Source of the DNA: Macrostomum lignano
Taxonomy: Eukaryota
NCBI GenBank assembly: GCA_002269645.1
Contig: NIVC01000029.1
Location: 124,001 to 188,000, forward strand
Direction of reading: 5' to 3'
Length of the DNA stretch: 64,000 nucleotides
In this document: positions 56,074 to 64,000 of the stretch, piece by piece
Numbering within the stretch: the first letter of the stretch is position 1
How the letters are laid out: each line of letters opens with the position of its first letter
The notes under the pieces: model-generated
The model's input: the letters and a program-made list of their open reading frames with translations, nothing else
What the model was told of the DNA's origin: nothing
The model's database searches: none
Made by a program: the position numbers and the translations under genes

Positions 56074-59000
56074 TTAGGAGAGCATCACTGAGCAGATTTC
56101 TCGATCGGCAGTAGACGACTGCTCGCCAGAGCCAACAGACGAAGCGTTGATTGACACGGTCTCGCTGTAGCAGCAGCTCGACGAGTGGCGGGTCCGGCAT
56201 CGGCTGCGGACGGCTGGGGCGCTGCTGCTAGCTTTGGCGCTTCCGCCGCTGCCGATGGGCGCCGTTGGCTCGCGGCCCGATTGCCTGATAAATGAAAGAA
56301 AAAACGACTAGATATTCTATTTGAGCTACTTATAGTAGAATATCGCATTAGCTGCTTTGCAACTCGATTGAAGAATTTGAAAGGAAGAGGAAGCAGATGG
56401 AGGGAGTGGAAGCAGATGGAGAGAGTGGAAACAGAGGGAGAGGAAGCAGATGGAGGGAGAGGAAGCAGATGGAGGGAGTGGAAGCAGATGGAGGGAGTGG
56501 AAACAGAAGGGGAGAGGAAGCAGATGGAGGGAGAGGAAGCAGATGGAGGGAGTGGAAGCTGATGGAGGGAGTGGAAGCAGATGTAGGGAGAGGAAGCAGA
56601 TAGAGGGAGTGGAAACAGATGGAGGGAGTGGAAGCAGATGGAGTGAGTGGAAGCAGATGGAGGGAGTGGAAGCAGATGTAGGGAGAGGAAGCAGATAGAG
56701 GGAGTGGAAACAGATGGAGGGAGTGGAAGCAGATGGAGGGAGTGGAAGCAGATGGAGGGAGTGGAAGCAGATGTAGGGAGAAGAAGCAGATAGAGGGAGT
56801 GGAAACAGATGGAGGGAGTGGAAGCAGATGGAGGGAGTGGAAGCAGATGGAGGGAGTGGAAGCAGATGTAGGGAGAGGAAGCAGATGGAGGGAGTGGAAA
56901 CAGATGGAGGGAGTGGAAGCAGATGGAGGGAGTGGAAGCAGATGGAGGGAGTGGAAGCAGATGTAGGGAGAGGAAGCAGATAGAGGGAGTGGAAACAGAT
57001 GGAGGGAGTGGAAGCAGATGGAGGGAGTGGAAGCAGATGGAGGAAGTGGAAGCAGATGTAGGGAGAAAAAGCAGATGGAGGGAGTGGAAGCCACGAGCGC
57101 AAGCAAAGAGAAACTGGAAATATGATAAACGGGGCTAAAATGTACTTTAATATACTACAACAGTAGACTCTATCCCAGCACACACTGAGAGCTGGGGGTA
57201 CTGTGTATTCAGCAGCTTTCTGCTGTTTCCACTTTAAACTGGTCGCGTATTATTTGTCTCATATTTGTCTACTCCGTGGACACAGTCTAGCCTTGAAATG
57301 TGCAAGCCTTTGCACCGGCTCGTAGTCAGCTGATTATAGTCCGAGTAATAGAATACACTCAGCTAAAACAGGATTTTTCTAGTTAAGCTTAATATATTAA
57401 ATGGCTAAGAAATATTCATTCCGAACTAGTTTAGATAAGAAAAAAAATCCTGATTTTTTTAATTTAGTTTGAGAAGTGGCTGATTCACTTCTCAAGGAAC
57501 AGTAAAGTTGCTAAACTTAAAGAAGCTTTCTTAGAAAGTGCCTAAACTTCCACGAAGCTTTCTTAGAAAGTTCCGAAACTTCCCTAAAGCTTTCTTAGAA
57601 AGTTCCTTAACTCCCACGAAGCCTTCTTAGAAAGTTTCTAAACTCCTGCGAAGCTGTCTTAGAAAGTTTCGAAATTTTAACAAAGCTTTCTTAGACCTTA
57701 GACCTTCTTAGACCTTTCCTTAAGTTTTCTAAGTGATTCTTTAAATTCTTCTGAAGATTTTTTAGAAAGTTCCAAAGCTTAATGTAAAATTATCAATAAA
57801 TTCATTTCCAAGAAACCTGAATGGTTAATCCACCAGTTGTAGGTTTGATATTAAGCAATTTAATAGACCTCTTGTGCTAATAGAGAAACCCGCTAACCTC
57901 TATAAGTTCTTATCTGCCTATACAGCTCCAGGTTCCACAGGTTAAAGGCTGAAACAAGCTGTTGCATAAATTAATGTAATAGAAAATTCCACCCCAGTAA
58001 GCTTTCAACTGTTGGGTTGGCACATTTTTATTTAGCAGCACTGCTAAAACTGCAACGCGAGAGGGTTGCACGCGGTAAACTGGTGACTTTGTTGGCCAGT
58101 ACTGAGAAAATTACAAAAACACTTTTAGCCCTAGGCCCCAGGGCAGATTTATCTGTAATAATAATTTATTACGACAAGCCAAATATTCGCTACAAGATAA
58201 AAACTTCTACCTTTGTAACATTAACTAAATCCTTACAGTGTAGTAGCTTGTATTATATGCCCCGTGTGCAGCAAGGTTGAAAAATGCCTGTAAACCTTCA
58301 AATGGGTATTCTATGGCAGAATGTCGAAAGAAGTGAGCTTAGGCAAGTTAGGTTCTGACGGATATCTGAAGCCAACTGAAGTTCTTAAAATGAGTACCTG
58401 AGTCTCGATAGGCTTATTTAATGTAATAGAGATGTACGGTGTACATAAGCTGAGCAATGTTTTAACTCAAGAAATGGTGTACTGGAGTACTCAAACTCAG
58501 AAATGGTGTACTTTAACCCAGAAATAGTATACTCAAACGAAACAGAAATGGTGTACTCAAACTCAGAAGTGGTGTACTCGAACCCAAAAATGGTGTACTC
58601 AAACTCAGAAATGGTGTACTCGAACCCAAAAATGGTGTACTCAAACTCATAAATGGTGTACTCAAACTCAGAAATGGTGTACTCGAACCCAAAAATGGTG
58701 TATTCAAACTCAAAAATGGTGCAATCAAACTCAGAAATGGTGTATTCAAACTCAAAAATGGTGCAATCAAACTCAGAAATGGTGTACTCAAACTCAGAAA
58801 TGGTGTACTCAAACTCAGAAATGGTGTACTTAAACCCAGAAATGGTGTACTTAAACCCAGTCTCGATAGGCCTTTTTAATGTAATAGAGATGTACGGTGT
58901 ACATAAGCTGAGCAATGTTGTAACTCAAGAAATGGTGTACTGGAGTACTCAAACTCAGAAATAAGCTCGTAGTATATAGTATACTCAAACTAAACAGAAA

Positions 59001-61167
59001 TGGTGTACTCAAACTAAACAGAAATGGTGTACTCAAACTCAGAAATGGTGTAATCGAACCTAGAAATGGTGTATTCAAACTCAAAAATGGTGCAATCAAA
59101 CTCAGAAATGGTGTACTTAAACCCAGAAATGGTGTACTCAAACTCAGAAATGGTATAATCAAACTCAGAAATGGTGTACTCAAACTCAGAATTGGTGTAC
59201 GCAAACTAAACAGAAATAGTGTACTCAAACTCAAAAAGTGTTCTCCAAAAAGTGGATAATGAAGTAGCTGGAATGGAAAGACATAATAAAAAACAACAAA
59301 AAAATCAAAAATACTCACAGGAAGCACCGGAACTCAGGCTCAGCCAGACCGTTAGCCTTTCTAGCAGCCCGGCTATCCTGGGCTCCCAGACCGGACCAGA
59401 GCAGCCAGTCGCCAATGTCGCAGTCCAGGCCGAACTGTCGCAGACAGCCAAGCCGATCCTCAGTCGAATCTGTAACGCCGTACATCCAGACGTTGCCACC
59501 GCCGTCGCTCTCAACGGATGCCGCTGCGTCGCAATAGTCGCTAGCCGAACGAACAACTCCAAGCAGCTCCGGAGCGGCTACCGACATCGACACATTGTCG
59601 ATGCCAACTTGAAGTCGCCAACCGGAAAAACCGCCAAAGGCGGAATCGCCGACTGTGCAACGCCAGTCTCCTTTGTTGCTGTTGCCGTTCTCAGCATCGT
59701 CCTCAATCCGTTGCTTAGCAACCAGTCGGGTAGCTAAAACAATCGATCGGCTTAGCAGAGCGTCAGTCGAATCAGTCATCAATGCGTCAATCTTATTATC
59801 GACAATAAACTCAAACAGCTGATAGTTCAACTCGGCGGTTAGAAAACTATTAGTGCCGATATCTAGCAGCGACATCCGATGACCAAGCAGGCGGCCAACG
59901 CTGATAGCGACTCGAGCAGACTCGAGCACACCTGCGGCACCAACGGCACAGTCAACTACAGACACGCCGACAACGTTTAGACCGAAACTCTTAGCTGCGG
60001 CCAGTACGCTAGCAACTGTGCCTGGCTCGGCGCCAAGGGTGGCATCTCCCAGCGAGTCGGCGCCTTCCGGCCTGACCAGCAGTAGGGCCGACACGCCGGG
60101 CCATTGCTCCGCTAGTCGGGCAGCTTCCGTTTCGTTGTCAAATGTTGTCATAGCAACGCTGTGACGCTTAGCTAGATTAATTAACGAACGAGTTTTGCAC
60201 GGATTGTCCAATAGTAGATTGGGGCCAGTTAGACCCGATGAGATGGCGCTCTGTGGGATCAAGCATTAGCGTGAGTAAATTGTACATTGCAGAGGCTAAT
60301 AGCTGTTGCCTTCTCCTCCCTTTAGCCATTTAATTCATATACTGGATTGTATTCATCGTCCACTCTGTCTCCCTTCTCGCCTCCTTATCTCCCTTCTTCC
60401 TCTCTTATGTACCTTTTCTCCTCTTATCTCTCTTCTCCATCTCTTATCTACCTTCCCCCTCTTATCTCCCTTTACGCCCTTATCTCCCTTTACGCCTCCT
60501 TATCTTCCTTCTTCCTCTCTTATCTACCTTTTCTCCTCTTATTTCCCTTCTCCCTCTCTTATCTCCCTTCTTCCTCTCTTATCTCCCTTCTTCCTCTCTT
60601 ATCTCCCTTCTTCCTCTCTTATCTACCTTTTCTCCTCTTATCTCTCTTCTCCATCTCTTATCTACCTTCCCCTTCTTATCTCTTCTTATCTACCTTCCCC
60701 TTCTTATCTCCCTTCTCCCCCTTTTATCTTACCTACTCCCCCTCTTATCTTCCTTCACCCACTATCCCCTACATTCTTCCCTCTTTTCCATATTCTTACT
60801 GTTAATCTACAATAACAGAAGCCAAGCTGTAATATGTAATTTAAATAACAAAATACCTACAATCAAAAGCTACTATGTGTAGCAGCCTCACCGTCAGATC
60901 ATTCCTAGCTCGCACTCTACCACCGCAGCCTAGCTGAGCCAGTGCCCCAGTCAGTCCCGAGGCAGCGTGAGCATCAATCCTAGTTGTCAGCTTAGTGGCA
61001 ACAATATCGCCATAGCTAGCTAACAGACTGGCTCTAGCCCGCCACAGGGCAGCAAGATCTAACAGGGAAGCGGATTGGCAATCAGCTGGCAGTTGATCGG
61101 ACAGCCAAGCGCACGCTTCAATCTGGCTAGCAAATACCCGAGGCATCGGCTGATCTAGAGTCTTCAT
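56074..61167 (-). CDS. Catalytically inactive ornithine decarboxylase homologue (antizyme-inhibitor-like); exons 61167-60892, 60250-59319, 56284-56074; ~472 aa
   Basis: ODC-fold motifs DNPCK, TTFDNETE, GLNVVGVS, LLDIG and FGLDCDIGDWLLW; junctions are phase-consistent (1419 nt). Canonical YAVKCN, HVGS, GGG, EPGR and GPTCD motifs are all degenerate. Confidence 0.85.
56385..57085. repeat. 19-bp purine-rich array (intron)
   Basis: Unit GGAAGCAGATGGAGGGAGT. Confidence 0.95.
57520..57780. repeat. Degenerate ~30-bp tandem repeat (intron)
   Basis: Recurring AAGCTTTCTTAGAAAGTT(C/T)C. Confidence 0.75.
58400..59250. repeat. 21-bp array with a duplicated non-repetitive lead-in (intron)
   Basis: Unit AAATGGTGTACTCAAACTCAG; the ~100-bp lead-in occurs at ~58400 and ~58860. 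Confidence 0.92.
60350..60780. repeat. ~20-bp CT-rich array (intron)
   Basis: Unit CTCTTATCTCCCTTCTTCCT with variants. Confidence 0.9.
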
Positions 61168-61292
61168 TGTTTCAATCTGTTGCTCTCTCAAAGCTCTCTC
61201 TGAATTAGTAAGTTGTGCTTTCTCCGCTGTCAGACTTGAATTGGCGTTACTTAATTTCGCTGTCTTTTGCAGAGCCGCCGCCGATGCCAGCT

Positions 61293-61385
61293 CTAACCCG
61301 TTGTTGGGTCCGGGTCCCAGGGCGGTTCTCGGTTGTGATCAGTCAGCAGACGATTTGGATCGGGTGGTTCGGGGTCTTTGACCGC
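61293..61385 (-). promoter_or_regulatory. uORF with EPPW motif (AZIN/ODC uCC-like) in the 5' leader
   Basis: After acceptor CAG (61388-61386) the frame reads AVKDPEPPDPNRLLTDHNREPPWDPDPTTG*. PPW is at 61325-61317. No ATG in the visible leader. Confidence 0.8.
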
Positions 61386-61542
61386 CTGTATAAATAATTA
61401 TAGTAGATTGATTTGTGAATTAACTGATCATAATCACCTATCTGATTAATATATTTTATAGGACAATCATTAGAACAAAAAGGGTCTGTCAACTTAAGCC
61501 CGAGTAACCTCTGTACACAAATAATATTTTATTCTGCTCTCA

Positions 61543-62173
61543 GTGATGCGGACTGCTCTTCCTACCGACGACGACGGCTTTCTGCTGCGGCGACGCGTGG
61601 GTCGACGTCAACCGGAGAAGCGGCTCAGCGTGCTTGGCTACGCCGACGACCTCGCCTTGCTGTCCTCGACCGTCGAGGGCGCCCAACGGCAGCTGGACAG
61701 GCTAGTTGCCGTTGCGGCGAGCGTCGGCCTGGTGGTCAACACGCAGAAGAGGGCGGCGCTGTTCCAGGCGGTAATCGAGACCGTCCTGCTCTACAACGCC
61801 GAGACCTGGACGCTGACGGACTCACTCGAACAGCAAGTCGATGCGGCGCACGCTGGCCTGCTGCGCGCCGCCTTCAACAACGGCGTCGAGCGAGTCAACA
61901 ACGAGGCACTCTATCGCCGCGCTGGCCTGCCACGTCCAAGCGATCTACTGCGCCGTCGGCGACTCCAGCTCGCAGGCCATCTCATCCGCGCCGAGTCGTA
62001 CTGCCCACAGCCGGTGCAGGAGGTGCTGCTGCTCACGCTGCAGGCACCCTAACCGGCGAGGTCAAGCGCGAACTCGGCGTTACGTCGACTGTCTGCTGAC
62101 TGACGCCGGCGCCCCGGACACTGCCAGTGGCGGGGCCTTTGTTCGCACCCAAGCCATGAAGCGTGCCCTGTGA
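61543..62173 (+). mobile_element. 5'-truncated, internally deleted RTE-like non-LTR retrotransposon fragment
   Basis: YADDLALL RT motif; LLYNAETWTLT and RRRRLQLAGHLIR, typical of the RTE C-terminus. In-frame stop near 62050. Confidence 0.88.
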
Positions 62174-63198
62174 CGCTGACTTTTGCCATCCTGACAGCGT
62201 ATTTTCTTGTTGTTGTTGTCTGCTCTCAGTAACACCAAGACACTGAGTTTGGCAAAAAGCAACGAAAATTGGACTTGTAAATAATCCCTTTGCTTGTTCT
62301 TCACTATCCCAACTCCAATTTTTGTTTCTTTTTTTGCCAAACTTTCAGCTTCCTGGTGTCCTGGTCACCATGAGCAAATGATGAATCATTTGTGTAAAAA
62401 GGTCACTCGGGCTCCACTTTATGAGCTTAAGTTGACAGGCCCTTTAATGGTGATGCATGATACATATCAAGTCTTAGTTTGCCCTTCGATCCTCTCATCT
62501 CTGCTCTTGCCTCTCACCACTTCCTTCTTTTCTTTCTCCCTTTGACTTTTTTTCCTCCTGCTTGTCTCTTCTCTTTCATATCTCTTCTTCTAATGTTAAT
62601 AAAGTAACTAAAGTAATAAAAAATCTAATTCTTACTGAGATCTTCTTTGCTTGTCAGTTGGTTCCCAAGGTGATTAGGTACTGAAAGCTGCCTGACTTCT
62701 TCTACTTCTTTTCCTTTTGCCTTTATTTATTTATCTGAGCTTTATTTATCTGAACTTAAGCCTATAGGCTCCACAGTCCGCACTATCCTAATCACAATGT
62801 GTATATTGCTATATAATATGAAAAATGTTGTTTGAGTCCCTAACCTTATGGATTTAGAGCCCTCCCTGAATTGAAAGTGAAAACATTTATTTTAAGTATT
62901 CTTTGCTATTATTGACTTTTGCCAAAAATTCCTTTAAATTCCTTGTGGGTTGAAACCTTCCTACAACCTACACTCCAAATCATATAGTATAGACCCAAAA
63001 ATTTGGGCATCCATTGGCCCTGCATGACAAAATTTAGGACTTAGATATACATAGCAAGACTCCTAATAAAAAAGTGCACATGTACACCTAAGTGTGCAAT
63101 ACATAGAATCAGGTGAAAGAATTAGTATTAAGTGGAAAAAAGATTGAAAAGTTCATTTTTAAGCAAAAGCTTTCTGGTTTTTAAGCTTATAATATATC

Positions 63199-63561
63199 TT
63201 TTTTTATTAGAGGCAGGGGGTTGTATGCATCCTGGCGCACTTTAAGCGACATGGGCACACAACTGGCGAGAGGCTTTACTGCCCATTTTGCCAACTCCCC
63301 TGAGGAGGCATACAAGTGTGCGGATATGTACGCAGGCATATACTCACACAGGAGTGTACAGCGGCCCTAAATTTATATTATCGTTAGGCATGTACACTTC
63401 ACTGCTGCGCCTTGGGAGGTTGGCTCTCAAGGCCATTAATTGCACGAGCAGAGCCAAGCCGAGATTCCAATTCAGCCTCAGATTAATGTGACTGCACTCG
63501 GAATCGAGCCTGGGTCGCTGGCACACCAGAGCAGCTACGCTACTGCTGGGCTATGGCCCAT
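63199..63561 (-). mobile_element. Full-length tRNA-derived SINE with 13-bp TSD
   Basis: TSD CTTATAATATATC at 63186-63198 and 63562-63574; tRNA-like head and A-rich tail. Confidence 0.93.
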
Positions 63562-64000
63562 CTTATAATATATCATTTAAACAAATTTTCATGGGTATCA
63601 ACTTTTTTTACTATAAATATCATAGGCAAAAAAGACAAATCATAAACCAAATAATTAGCCAAAAAGATCCTATACACAATGTGCTTGCTTGCATGTGTAA
63701 ATTTTGCAAATATAATGCCATACATGTGGCAATGTTGAATTAAAATTTTGTCAACATTGGTTACAAATAACAAAAATTATTAATGTTTTAAATCAGGTGC
63801 ATTATGTGGTCCATCTTGTATTACATGCAATGTATAAATAAACAATAAAAATTTTTTTGTTTGCTTTGAATCTTTGAAACTAAATTATACACAAATGAAT
63901 TAACTAATCATTTAATATATACTATGTCATATAAGAATACTAAAACAGTTAATACACCCACCACAAAATAGTCATTTTGTCTATTGACCAATTTGAAAAT

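Noticed and set aside
56326-60815. Repeat ORFs at 56.3-57.2, 58.4-59.3 and 60.3-60.8 kb
   Set aside because: Intronic arrays of the ODC-like gene.
59315-61191. Active ornithine decarboxylase
   Set aside because: PLP-binding Lys, Gly loop and catalytic Cys motifs are missing.

Overview
Eukaryotic, intron-containing animal DNA with GC-rich exons, AT-rich introns and many mini/microsatellites. The style fits a free-living flatworm such as Macrostomum, but this is inference and was not checked. Genes reconstructed by splicing by eye: CHTF8/CTF8 followed 60 nt later by a CCCH zinc-finger gene that has no in-frame ATG before its finger; three intact tandem copies plus one inverted pseudogene of a 3-exon LRAT/PLAAT/PPPDE-like (permuted papain-fold) gene; an NPY/NPF-receptor-like GPCR converging on a small prohormone-like gene; a decayed multi-exon gene with tyrosine-recombinase-like motifs and a downstream PWWP exon; a complete 7-exon LTA4H; and a catalytically dead ODC homologue (antizyme-inhibitor-like) whose 5' leader carries a PPW-containing uORF. 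Mobile DNA: a tRNA-derived SINE family, a degenerate Gypsy element with a nested solo LTR, an LTR with a tRNA-Leu primer-binding site (PBS), two non-LTR fragments, and foldback and hairpin elements. The very long ORFs in the track over repeat arrays are artefacts. All family assignments come from motif recognition; no database search was run.
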